From a virus (Duplodnaviria > Caudoviricetes): a DNA stretch of 30,486 nt. The DNA lies in IMG/VR virus record IMGVR_UViG_3300010362_000073, positions 1-30,486 of that record; one strand, 5' to 3'. Shown in pieces: positions 1 to 8,887 of the stretch (positions are counted from its first letter, which is position 1; every line of letters starts with the position of its first letter). The notes under the pieces were generated by a model. The model saw only the letters and a list, made by a program, of their open reading frames with translations, searched no databases and was not told the DNA's origin. A program made the translations under genes and the position numbers.

Positions 1-41
1 GAGTCGTGCGGGTTTTCGATGAAAACGGAATAGCGGACCTA

Positions 42-524
42 ATGGGCAATTGGAATTCGGGACGACGACCGGCACCCACGGCGATGAAGGTTTTGCGCGG
101 CAAGATGAAGCCCGGAGCTCGACCTAACGAGCCGCAGCCCTCGCCAGCAGATGCGAGCTTCGATGAACCGCCTGCGGAGCTCGTCGACGATGCGACGGCA
201 GCGGCCGAGTGGCGACGTGTGGCACCCACGCTGCGCCTCTGCGGTCTCGTCTCTGAGGCCGACCGAGCGGCCCTCGTGGCGTGTTGTCAGATGTGGTCGC
301 AATACCTCGATGCCCAACGACAAGTACGGAAGCTCGGCATGATCGTGAAGCGACCGGACGGCGTGCCGGTGACGAACCCATACCTTTACGTGGCCGATAG
401 AGCCCTGAAAGCGTGCCATCGGCTATGGTCCGATCTCGGGCTCACACCGGGAGGCCGTTCGAGAATTTCATCGTTGCCGATGGCCGAGCCGAGGAAGGCC
501 TCGAAGTGGGAGGGCTTGTTGTGA
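42..524 (+). CDS. terS: Terminase small subunit, P27 family
   Basis: GRRPAPTAMKVLRG N-terminus, 'EWRRVAPTL', 'NPYL', 'LGLTPGGRSRI' are typical P27-family motifs. ATG at 42 is preferred over GTG at 6. Confidence 0.92.
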   Translation: MGNWNSGRRPAPTAMKVLRGKMKPGARPNEPQPSPADASFDEPPAELVDDATAAAEWRRVAPTLRLCGLVSEADRAALVACCQMWSQYLDAQRQVRKLGMIVKRPDGVPVTNPYLYVADRALKACHRLWSDLGLTPGGRSRISSLPMAEPRKASKWEGLL

Positions 525-742
525 AGAAGTTCATCGTCACTGTGCGGCAAACGACCACCGCGACTCGTGAGTATCAAGTGCTCGTCGATGCTGACCGGGC
601 CGAGTCGGCCGGGCGTGCCGTCGTGGCCGACTTCGACGCCGTGGGCTTCGATCATCACGACGTGCCGAAAGTGATCTCGGAGGGTGCCAGCGTGCCCGAA
701 GTCGTGGACATTCGGGAACGGCCTCGCATGGTGAAGCCATGA
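521..742 (+). CDS. Small hypothetical protein (VKKFIVTVRQ...)
   Basis: GTG start overlaps the terS stop (GTGA); its stop overlaps the next ATG (ATGA), suggesting translational coupling. Confidence 0.7.
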   Translation: MKKFIVTVRQTTTATREYQVLVDADRAESAGRAVVADFDAVGFDHHDVPKVISEGASVPEVVDIRERPRMVKP

Positions 743-1473
743 TCTGCGAACCCGAGCTCGTGCCGCTCGTCGAATTGAAGCCGCACCCGAGGAACTACCG
801 CACGCACACCGACGATCAACTCGTGCACTTGTGCGCGAGCATTCGAGAGCACGGCCTGTATCGCAACATCGTCACGGCACGTGACCTGACGATCCTCGCG
901 GGTCACGGCGTCGTGTTGGCCTGCCAACGACTCGATCTTGAGACGGTGCCGGTGGTCCGCATGGACATCGACGCCGAAGACCCTCGGGCGTTGAAGCTCC
1001 TGATCGGTGACAACCAGATCGCGCATCTCGCCTCGATTGATGATCGAGAGCTCACGGAGATGTTGAAGTCGATTCACGATTCGGAGTTTGCCGAGCTCGT
1101 CGGCACCGGTTTCGATGCCGAACAACTCGCGGCCCTCGTGATGGTCACGAGACCGGCCTCGGAGATTCGCGATCACAACGCCGCGGCCGAGTGGGTCGGG
1201 ATGCCGGAGTACGAGCAGGCCGAGAAGCCGCTCACCGTCGTCGTGCACTGCGCGAACGAGAACGACCGTGATGCGTTCCTCGCGTTTGTCGGAGCCGGGC
1301 CGAAAAATATCACCGGGAGCGTACGCACAACCTGCTCGATGTGGTGGCCGCTGCGCGTGCGTCGGCCGTCGGAAGTCTTCGAAGAGGAAGCCGATGATTC
1401 TGCCGAAGTATCCGATCTTCATTCCGTCGAAGGGCCGGACGACAAGCCAAACGGCGCGATATCTGGATCGTGA
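739..1473 (+). CDS. ParB/Srx-like N-terminal domain protein
   Basis: 'LKPHPRNYRTH...SIREHG...ILAGHGVVLA...DNQ' ParB-N motifs (canonical GHxR Arg not seen); acidic C-terminal extension. Confidence 0.85.
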   Translation: MICEPELVPLVELKPHPRNYRTHTDDQLVHLCASIREHGLYRNIVTARDLTILAGHGVVLACQRLDLETVPVVRMDIDAEDPRALKLLIGDNQIAHLASIDDRELTEMLKSIHDSEFAELVGTGFDAEQLAALVMVTRPASEIRDHNAAAEWVGMPEYEQAEKPLTVVVHCANENDRDAFLAFVGAGPKNITGSVRTTCSMWWPLRVRRPSEVFEEEADDSAEVSDLHSVEGPDDKPNGAISGS

Positions 1474-2236
1474 GGGCACGCCGTTTCGTCTCGTAGTGGA
1501 GCCCGGCGAGGCCGAGGCCTATCGTGCCGTGTTCGGAGCCGAGCGCGTGCTCGTGCTCCCGTTCTCGAATCAAGGTCTGCACGTCACGCGGAACTGGATC
1601 AAGGCTCGCAGCATTGATGAGGGCCACGTGCGACACTGGCAACTCGATGACAACCTCCAACGAGCGCAGCGGGTGTATCGAGGCCGTCGAACCACGTGCC
1701 GCATGGGGCTTGCCCTCGCGGTCTGCGAAGACTTCACCGACCGATACGAGAACATTGCGATCTCGGGGCTCAATTACGAAATGTTCGTGATTCCCACCGA
1801 GTGCCCGCCGCCGTACTTCCTCAACGCGCACGTCTACAGTTGCACGCTCGTGCTGAACGCGGCCCCGTTCTCGTGGCGGCACCGCTACAACGACGACACC
1901 GACCTATGCCTGCAGGCCCTCGCGGCCGGATGGTGCACCGTGCTCCTGAATGCCTTCTGCGTAAAAAAGCTGCAGACGATGAAGTTGAAGGGCGGCAACA
2001 CGCCGATCTATCAACGAGACGGACGCCTCGAAATGGCGCGGAGCCTTGAACGTCGATGGCCCGGCGTCGTCTCGGTGTCGCGCCGATTCGAGCGGCCACA
2101 ACACGTCGTGCGCGACAGTTGGCGCAAGTTCGACACGCCCCTGAAACGGAGGGCCGATATCGATTGGAACAACCTGCAGCCGAACGAGTACGGCATGGTG
2201 TTACGCTCCGCCCCAAGAAAGGAAACCCTCACATGA
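1394..2236 (+). CDS. GREB1-like / TET-associated (TAGT) GT-A glycosyltransferase
   Basis: 'YPIFIPSKGR', 'RNWI', 'HWQLDDN', 'RYNDDTDLCLQAL', 'MKLKGGNT' match this family as I recall it. ATG at 1394 overlaps the ParB ORF by 80 nt. Confidence 0.8.
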   Translation: MILPKYPIFIPSKGRTTSQTARYLDREGTPFRLVVEPGEAEAYRAVFGAERVLVLPFSNQGLHVTRNWIKARSIDEGHVRHWQLDDNLQRAQRVYRGRRTTCRMGLALAVCEDFTDRYENIAISGLNYEMFVIPTECPPPYFLNAHVYSCTLVLNAAPFSWRHRYNDDTDLCLQALAAGWCTVLLNAFCVKKLQTMKLKGGNTPIYQRDGRLEMARSLERRWPGVVSVSRRFERPQHVVRDSWRKFDTPLKRRADIDWNNLQPNEYGMVLRSAPRKETLT

Positions 2237-2925
2237 CACCGCGAGACTTTCCGTTGCGTCCCGAGCTCGGCACGTTGCCGATGCGCCTGCGCGGCCTGCC
2301 GATTGATCGTCGTGGATTCCCTGTGCCGTGGTTCGTTCAGTGGATCGATGGCGAGCCCGAATTCCGGGCGATGGACCCGCAGAAATTCGCCATCGCCCAC
2401 CGGCAAAAAAAGTGCTGGGTGTGCGGTGACGGCCTCGGTGCGTATCTCGCCTTCGTGATCGGGCCGATGTGTGCCGTGAACGGCACGAGTGCTGAACCAC
2501 CGTGCCACTACGAATGCGCGGAATGGTCGGCCCGCCATTGTCCGTTCCTCTCGCGGCCGAAGATGGTGCGCCGGGAGAACGACTTGCCCGACGAGATCGA
2601 AGTCGGTGAAGGAGCCCTGCTCCGGAATCCCGGCTGCGCGGGCGTGTGGGTCACCAAGTGCGGATATGAGCTCGTGACGGCTCCGGGGCAGTCGGCCACC
2701 GGGTATGTGCTTCGCATGGGTCCGCCGCTTCGCATCGAGTGGTATGCCGAAGGTCGACCGGCCACACGTGCCGAGGTCGAGGCCTCGATTAACTCCGGGA
2801 TGCCGTTCCTGTTCGATGCGTGCGAGAAGGAGCGGACGCCGCTGGATCGTCGTGACGCGAAGAGGGCTCTTATGGATGCCCGGAAGGCCGTCGAGCAGTG
2901 GTTGCCAGTGGCGGTGCAACCGTGA
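2233..2925 (+). CDS. Cys/His-rich conserved hypothetical protein (probable metal binding)
   Basis: ATGA-coupled to the GT. Motifs PVPWF, CWVCG, GPMC, EPPCHYECAEWSARHCPFL. Confidence 0.75.
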   Translation: MTPRDFPLRPELGTLPMRLRGLPIDRRGFPVPWFVQWIDGEPEFRAMDPQKFAIAHRQKKCWVCGDGLGAYLAFVIGPMCAVNGTSAEPPCHYECAEWSARHCPFLSRPKMVRRENDLPDEIEVGEGALLRNPGCAGVWVTKCGYELVTAPGQSATGYVLRMGPPLRIEWYAEGRPATRAEVEASINSGMPFLFDACEKERTPLDRRDAKRALMDARKAVEQWLPVAVQP

Positions 2926-3239
2926 AGCCCGAGCTCGGGTACGACAAGTGGACGCGAAAGCGGCGCAAGGACGCACTGGCGCGTGGATGGTGGAAAGCGG
3001 TGCGTGCCATCGACCGGCACCGGGCCACGTTGCGGCGGCTCTCGCGCATGGAGAACCCGCCCGAGCACTACGAGCTCGACACACCCGGAAGTTCGAGCTC
3101 GTTGCGCGGGGCCGCGCCACCGTGGATGTGGTGTTGGACGGATCGACCGTTCGCGCCCTCCGAGCTCGAAGCCGATGACTTCGTGACGCCGCGTAACTGT
3201 TTTCTCGAAGAAGGCCAGTCGGTCGGCTCGGTGCCCTGA
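2922..3239 (+). CDS. Hypothetical protein
   Basis: GTG start overlaps the upstream stop (GTGA). Confidence 0.55.
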   Translation: MKPELGYDKWTRKRRKDALARGWWKAVRAIDRHRATLRRLSRMENPPEHYELDTPGSSSSLRGAAPPWMWCWTDRPFAPSELEADDFVTPRNCFLEEGQSVGSVP

Positions 3240-3258
3240 ACGGAGCTACACTCGCACC

Positions 3259-3307
3259 TGTCAAGCGGGTAATTGATCCGGCTCCCGATCAATTACCCCC
3301 GTTGACA
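3259..3307. repeat. Long imperfect inverted repeat (hairpin) upstream of terL
   Basis: TGTCAAGCGGGTAATTGATC-cggctccc-GATCAATTACCCCCGTTGACA; arms of about 20 bp. Confidence 0.85.
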
Positions 3308-3322
3308 TTTCCGAAAACCTGA

Positions 3323-3340
3323 TTGCCCTGCGTTGCGGGC
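3323..3340 (+). promoter_or_regulatory. 18-bp motif, copy 1 (TTGCCCTGCGTTGCGGGC)
   Basis: Identical to 5602-5619; ends 19 nt before the terL TTG start. Confidence 0.6.
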
Positions 3341-3359
3341 GTGACCAACGGAGACGCCG

Positions 3360-4913
3360 TTGCCACGTACCGTCTCGCAGGCCTCGCAAAAAGTTTCGAT
3401 CATCAATCGGCTGACGCACACGAAGGGCGTCTTCGCCGGGCAGTCGTTCGAGCTCCGACCGTGGCAGGAAAAGCAGATCATCCGCCCGCTCTTCAAGACC
3501 GACCGGCGCGGCCGTCGCGTGTACCGGACGTGCCTGTTGATGATGCCGCGCAAGAATGGGAAGACCGAGCTTGCGGCGGCACTGGCCATCGATGGCCTGC
3601 TCTTCGATGCCGAGCAGGGCGCGGAAGTCTACAGCGCAGCCGCCGACAAGGACCAAGCGGCGCTCGTCTTCAACGTTGCGGCGCAGATGATCCGCAACGA
3701 CGCCGAGCTTTACGCCCAATGCGAGATCCTCGATTCTCAAAAACGGATCGTGCACCGCAAGTCGGGCTCGTTCTATCGGGCCATCTCGGCCGAGGCCTAC
3801 TCGAAGCACGGCTTCAACGCCTCGCGGGTGATTTACGACGAGCTCCACGCCGCACCCTCGCGGGAACTGTTCGACGTGCTCTCGTCGTCGCAGGGCGCAC
3901 GCGATCAGCCGTTGCTGATTGCCATCTCGACGGCCGGATACGACCGGCATTCGATCTTGTGGGAGCTCTATCAGCACGCGAAGAAGGTCGCAGAAAATCC
4001 GTCGCTCGATCCGTCGTTCCTGCCGATTCTGTTCGAGGCTCCCATCGATGCCGATTGGACCGACGAGCGCGTGTGGCAAAAGGCGAACCCGGCCCTCGGA
4101 GATTTTCGTTCACTCGAAGAGATGCGGGTCGCCTGTGCACGCGCGAAGGAAATCCCGGCGCAGGAGAACACGTTTCGACGGTTGTATCTGAACCAGTGGA
4201 CCGAGCAGGCCTCGCGCTGGATCGCGCTCGATGCGTGGGACGCCTGCCGCGACGAAACGATCTCGTTGTCGACGTTGAAGGGTCGGCCGTGTTACGTCGG
4301 TATGGACCTGAGCTCGACGCACGATCTCACGAGCCTCTGCGCCGTGTTTCCGAACGGCCCGGACTTCGATGTGCTGTGGGCGAATTTCATACCGGCCGAG
4401 AACATCCGACAGCGCGTGCACCGCGATCACGTGCCATACGACCAGTGGCAACGAGACGGCCACATCATCGCCACGCCGGGCAACGTCGTCGATTACGAGG
4501 CCGTGCGCAAGACGTTGCACGAGTGGTCGGAGCTCTTCGATCTGAAAGAGATTGCCTTCGATCCGTGGAACGCCGTGGACCTGACGACACGCCTACAGGA
4601 GCAGGACGGCTTCACGTGCGTGGCCGTGCGGCAAGGGTTCGCGTCGTTGTCGGCTCCCACGAAGGCGCTGGAAAAAGCGATCCTGTCGAAGACGCTGCAA
4701 CACGACGGCAATCCGGTCGCGCGGTGGGCCGTGAGCAACGTCTCGGTTGAACATGACCCGGCAGGCAACATCAAGATTTCGAAGAAGGTCTCGACGGAGC
4801 GGATCGATCCAGTGGCCGCGCTCGTGATGGCCGTAGATCGCATGACGCGCAATCAGGGCACGACGCCGCCGAAGTATCAGATATTCGTGTTCGGAGGCCG
4901 CACGCATGTGTGA
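3360..4913 (+). CDS. terL: Terminase large subunit (Terminase_1 type)
   Basis: Walker A PRKNGKT, Walker B IYDELH, nuclease motifs GMDLSSTHDLT and IDPVAA. GGAGA RBS before TTG. Confidence 0.97.
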   Translation: MPRTVSQASQKVSIINRLTHTKGVFAGQSFELRPWQEKQIIRPLFKTDRRGRRVYRTCLLMMPRKNGKTELAAALAIDGLLFDAEQGAEVYSAAADKDQAALVFNVAAQMIRNDAELYAQCEILDSQKRIVHRKSGSFYRAISAEAYSKHGFNASRVIYDELHAAPSRELFDVLSSSQGARDQPLLIAISTAGYDRHSILWELYQHAKKVAENPSLDPSFLPILFEAPIDADWTDERVWQKANPALGDFRSLEEMRVACARAKEIPAQENTFRRLYLNQWTEQASRWIALDAWDACRDETISLSTLKGRPCYVGMDLSSTHDLTSLCAVFPNGPDFDVLWANFIPAENIRQRVHRDHVPYDQWQRDGHIIATPGNVVDYEAVRKTLHEWSELFDLKEIAFDPWNAVDLTTRLQEQDGFTCVAVRQGFASLSAPTKALEKAILSKTLQHDGNPVARWAVSNVSVEHDPAGNIKISKKVSTERIDPVAALVMAVDRMTRNQGTTPPKYQIFVFGGRTHV

Positions 4914-5103
4914 CCCGCGACGGCGTGGCCGTCCGGCGCTCGATGCGTCGACGCCTTCGGTTCGCGTGTGCCTGACCGTCACGGCCAAGCAGTACGACCA
5001 GTTTTACCAACGAGCTCGCGACGAACGCACGAGCGTGCCCGAGGCCATCCGACGCAGTTTGGCTGCGAATAAAAATCTAAAAAATCGACACGCGACGGGC
5101 TGA
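4906..5103 (+). CDS. Small ribbon-helix-helix-like DNA-binding protein
   Basis: 'RRGRP' followed by a beta strand VRVCLTV and two predicted helices (QYDQFYQRAR / VPEAIRRSL). Confidence 0.6.
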   Translation: MCDPRRRGRPALDASTPSVRVCLTVTAKQYDQFYQRARDERTSVPEAIRRSLAANKNLKNRHATG

Positions 5104-5114
5104 GCTCGCACACT
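5085..5114 (+). promoter_or_regulatory. Putative sigma70-like promoter for head genes (possibly leaderless)
   Basis: TCGACA-N18-CACACT preceded by A-rich AATAAAAATCTAAAAA. GTG start 7 nt downstream with no SD. Confidence 0.4.
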
Positions 5115-5121
5115 CGGCCTC

Positions 5122-6996
5122 GTGCAACTCGAACGGGCGTACACACTGCTCCACGTGAAGGCCCTCGATGCACCGAGCCGGAAGTTCAGCGGGATTGCCT
5201 CCACGCCCGAACTGGATCGGCAAGGCCACGTGATCGACATGGCCGGGGCACGGTTCTCGAATCCGTTGCCGTTGCTGCTCTTTCACGATCAGGCCTCGCC
5301 CATCGGGACCGTGCGATTGAAGCGCGGCCCGGACGGCATCGAATTCGAGGCCACGCTTCCGAACATCGACACGCCGGGCCGCGTGAAGGACCGGATCGAC
5401 GAGGCGTGGGATTCGATCACGGCCGGTCTCATTACCGGCGTGTCGATTGGGTTCCGAGCCGTGGGCGATGCCGTCGAAGTCGTGAAGGGCGGGCTCAAAT
5501 TTCTGAAGACCGAAATTTTGGAGCTTTCGCTCGTGACGATTCCGGCGAATGCCTCGGCCTCGATTCTCACCGTGAAGTCATTGGCCGCGTCCGGCCCTTA
5601 CTTGCCCTGCGTTGCGGGCTCTGCTCCGAGAACTGTCATGAAGCAGACCACCGCAGAACACATTGCGAGCCTCCGGGCCACGCACCACACGAAAACGGGC
5701 CGGATGGCCGAACTACTCGACAAGGCCTCGGAAGATGGCACCACGCTCGACGATGTCGCCGCGAAGGAATACGACGGGCTCGCCCTCGATGTGAAGAGCC
5801 TCGAATCTGACATCGAGCGGCTGCGGACGTTGCAGGCCGCGCAGGCGGCTGCCGCTGCGCCCATCGTCCTGCACGGTGGCGCACCGGCAACGGTGCCGCT
5901 CGTGCAAGTCGTGAAGAAGGAGCTCCCGAAGGGCACCGCGTTTATTCGTGGCGTGATGGCCATTGCGGCCTCGAAGGGCAACAAGCTACAGGCCGTCGAG
6001 ATCGCCAAGCAGTGGAAGGACACGCCCGAGGTCGAACTGTGGATGAAAGCGGCCGTTGCGCCGGGCACAACCACCGACCCGCAGTGGGCCGGTGCGCTCG
6101 TGCAGATCCAGAACCTGACGAACGAATTCATCGAACTGCTGCGACCCGCCACGATCCTCGGGAAGATTCCCGGCTTTCGTCGCGTCCCGTTCAACGTCCA
6201 AGTCCCGATCCAGACGGCAGGCGGCACGTACGGGTGGGTCGGGCAGGGCGCACCGAAGCCGGTGACGAAACTCACCTTCGGCACCGATCAACTGCTCGTC
6301 GCCAAAGCGGCCGGGATCATCGTGCTCACGCAGGAGCTCGTGCGCTTGTCCGATCCGAGCGCCGAGGCCATCGTGCGGGCCGACATGGTTGCCGGAATCG
6401 CGCAGTTCCTCGATCAGCAGTTCATTGACCCGGCTGTCGTGGCAACGGCCGTGAATCCGGCCAGCGTGACCAACGGCACCGTGGCAATTCCCACGACCAA
6501 CGATCCATTGAAGGACATTCACGCCCTGATGTCGTGGTTCGCAGCCGCGAACATTCCGCTAACCGGCGTGACGTTGATCATGTCGGAAACGAATGCGTTC
6601 ACGCTCGGTATGCAGCGTGACCCACTCGGCAACCGTCGATTCCCGAACATGGGCGTCAACGGTGGATCGGTCGACGGGATCACGATCATCACGAGCAACA
6701 CGGCAGGCACGAACGTGATCGCGATGGTGCCCTCGTTCATCCTTTACGCGGACGACGGCGGCGTGACCATCGACGTGTCGACCGAGGCCTCGGTGCAGAT
6801 GGACAGTGCCCCGATGAACCCGGCCGACGCGACCACCGTGTATCGGTCGTTCTGGCAAGACAATCTCGTGGGCCTGCGAGCCGAGCGGTACATCAACTGG
6901 AAGCGCGTGAAGCTCGAAGCCGTGAAGTACGTCAGCGGTGCGACGTACGTGCCCACGGTCAGTGGCGTCACTCCGGCCGAACAACCTGCCGCATAG
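5122..6996 (+). CDS. Prohead protease (HK97/U35) - major capsid protein fusion
   Basis: Protease motifs PLLLFHD, GVSIGF, ELSLVTIPAN; then a coiled-coil delta-like region and HK97-type capsid (WVGQGAPKP, FWQDNLVGLRAERYINW). Confidence 0.93.
   Translation: MQLERAYTLLHVKALDAPSRKFSGIASTPELDRQGHVIDMAGARFSNPLPLLLFHDQASPIGTVRLKRGPDGIEFEATLPNIDTPGRVKDRIDEAWDSITAGLITGVSIGFRAVGDAVEVVKGGLKFLKTEILELSLVTIPANASASILTVKSLAASGPYLPCVAGSAPRTVMKQTTAEHIASLRATHHTKTGRMAELLDKASEDGTTLDDVAAKEYDGLALDVKSLESDIERLRTLQAAQAAAAAPIVLHGGAPATVPLVQVVKKELPKGTAFIRGVMAIAASKGNKLQAVEIAKQWKDTPEVELWMKAAVAPGTTTDPQWAGALVQIQNLTNEFIELLRPATILGKIPGFRRVPFNVQVPIQTAGGTYGWVGQGAPKPVTKLTFGTDQLLVAKAAGIIVLTQELVRLSDPSAEAIVRADMVAGIAQFLDQQFIDPAVVATAVNPASVTNGTVAIPTTNDPLKDIHALMSWFAAANIPLTGVTLIMSETNAFTLGMQRDPLGNRRFPNMGVNGGSVDGITIITSNTAGTNVIAMVPSFILYADDGGVTIDVSTEASVQMDSAPMNPADATTVYRSFWQDNLVGLRAERYINWKRVKLEAVKYVSGATYVPTVSGVTPAEQPAA
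5602..5619 (+). promoter_or_regulatory. 18-bp motif, copy 2, in the protease-capsid linker
   Basis: Identical to 3323-3340; ends 18 nt before an in-frame ATG at 5638. Confidence 0.6.
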
Positions 6997-7004
6997 GTTC
7001 CTCG

Positions 7005-8384
7005 ATGGACCTGTTCGGCCTGACCATCACACGACGAACGAAAGCAGCGGGAGCCTCGCCACGTGCGGGGCTCTCGCCTGTTACGGCCAGTCGTGGATCG
7101 GGCGGGTGGTATCCCGTCGTGCGAGAGCCCTACCTCGGAGCATGGCAGCGCAACGAGGAAGTGCGCCCGGCCTCGGTCCTGTCGTACGGGCCGGTGTGGG
7201 CCTGCGCGTCTCTCATCTCGCAGGACATTGGGAAGATGCGGCTCCGGCTCGTCGCGCAGGACGACGACGGCATATGGACTGAGACCACGAGCGCCGCCTT
7301 CTCACCGGTCCTGCGAAAGCCGAACCGGTATCAGAACATCATCAAATTTCTTGAACAGTGGATTCTCTCGAAGCTCCTGCACGGCAATGCGTACGCCCTA
7401 AAGCAACGCGATGACCGCAACGTCGTCGTGGCGCTCTACCTGCTCGACCCGACGCGCGTGTGGCCGCTCGTCGCGCCGGATGGCTCTGTCTATTACCAGT
7501 TGTACCAGTCGGATCTCGCGCAGGTTGAACCGGCCGAACGTGTGGCCGTCCCGGCTTCCGAGATCATCCACGACCTGATGATCGCGCCGTGGCACCCGCT
7601 CTGCGGCGTGTCACCGATCTACGCCTGCGGCCTCGCGGCCCTGCAGGGCCTGAAAATTCAGAACAACTCGACGGCCTTCTTCGCCAACGGCTCGGCACCG
7701 GGCGGGATCATCTCCGTGCCCGGAGCCATCGACGACGACACCGCGAAGCGCATCCACGACGAGTGGAACGCGAACTATACCGGCGAGAACGTCGGCAAGG
7801 TCGGCGTGCTCGGCGACGGCATGAAGTACGAGCCGGTCACGATCACCGCCGTTGATTCCCAACTCGTCGAGCAGTTGCGATGGACCGCCGAGACGGTGTG
7901 CTCGTGCTTCCACGTGCCGCCGATCCTGATCGGTGTTGGCCCGTATCCGCCGTGGGGCTCGTTGGAGCCACTGCTTCAGCAGTACTACGCGCAGTGTCTC
8001 CAATCGCTCGTGGTGTCGCTCGAAAAGTGTCTCGACGAAGGCCTCGAACTACCGACGCCGTTTGGCACCGAGCTCGACATCGACGATCTGATTTGGATGG
8101 ACACGCCGACGCGCACGAAAGCGGCCAGTGATGCCATCGGCTCGGGCGGGATGTCGCCCGACGAGGCCCGTAAGAAATATTTCGGGCTCGGCCCCGTCGA
8201 AGGCGGCAACACGCCGTACATGCAACAGCAGAACTATTCGCTCCGGGCGCTGGCCGAACGAGACGCGCCCTCATCCACGCCACCGCAGCAGAACACGCCG
8301 CCACCGGACGACACCGATCCTGAGCTCGACGACGCACAGATCGAGGCGTGGGTCGGTGCACTCATGCGGAGTGCAACGCCATGA
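7005..8384 (+). CDS. Portal protein, HK97 family
   Basis: VWACASLISQDIGK, KPNRYQ, LLHGNAY, GVSPI, FFANGSAPGGII, FHVPP motifs. Confidence 0.96.
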   Translation: MDLFGLTITRRTKAAGASPRAGLSPVTASRGSGGWYPVVREPYLGAWQRNEEVRPASVLSYGPVWACASLISQDIGKMRLRLVAQDDDGIWTETTSAAFSPVLRKPNRYQNIIKFLEQWILSKLLHGNAYALKQRDDRNVVVALYLLDPTRVWPLVAPDGSVYYQLYQSDLAQVEPAERVAVPASEIIHDLMIAPWHPLCGVSPIYACGLAALQGLKIQNNSTAFFANGSAPGGIISVPGAIDDDTAKRIHDEWNANYTGENVGKVGVLGDGMKYEPVTITAVDSQLVEQLRWTAETVCSCFHVPPILIGVGPYPPWGSLEPLLQQYYAQCLQSLVVSLEKCLDEGLELPTPFGTELDIDDLIWMDTPTRTKAASDAIGSGGMSPDEARKKYFGLGPVEGGNTPYMQQQNYSLRALAERDAPSSTPPQQNTPPPDDTDPELDDAQIEAWVGALMRSATP

Positions 8385-8887
8385 CAGAAACCGAAGTCGC
8401 GGCCGTGGTTCGAGGGCTCGCGCCCGTCGTGCGCGAGATGGTCACGAAAGCCACCGAGTCACACGCCACGGCCCTGCACGACCGATTGATCACGCTCGAA
8501 CGGAAGGCCGTCGACGACACGATCACGACGCGGCTCGCAGCCCTCGAAGCCCGAGCGCCGATACCGGGGCCACCGGGCGCAGCCGGGGCCAACGGCAAGG
8601 ACGGCAGCGACGGCCTCGGATTCGATGAATTGCAAGTCGTGCAGACCGACGAGCGCACATTCGAAGTGATTGCCCGCCGAGGTGACATCACGAAAAGCAT
8701 CGGCGTCGTTCACGTGCCCGTCGATCTCTATTGCGGGGTTTACGTCGATGGCAAGCAGTACGCCCGAGGCGACAACGTGACGTATCAGGGCTCGGTGTGG
8801 CACTGCAACGAAGAGACACGCGAACGGCCGAACGGTGGCAAGGCGTGGACGTTGAAGGTCAAGCGCGGAAGGGATGGCAAGCAGTAA
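8381..8887 (+). CDS. Head-associated protein with short collagen-like repeat and CBM-like C-terminus
   Basis: GPPGAAGANGKDGSDG; 'YARGDNVTYQGSVWHC', 'WTLKVKRGRDG'. ATGA-coupled to portal. Confidence 0.7.
   Translation: MTETEVAAVVRGLAPVVREMVTKATESHATALHDRLITLERKAVDDTITTRLAALEARAPIPGPPGAAGANGKDGSDGLGFDELQVVQTDERTFEVIARRGDITKSIGVVHVPVDLYCGVYVDGKQYARGDNVTYQGSVWHCNEETRERPNGGKAWTLKVKRGRDGKQ

Noticed and set aside
3323-4750. 475-aa alternative-frame ORF over terL
   Set aside because: Low-complexity Arg/Ala sequence; terL fully explains the region.
5122-8384. Capsid-before-portal order and protease-capsid fusion as novel
   Set aside because: Already known in a group of HK97-like phages; only the linker motif is flagged.
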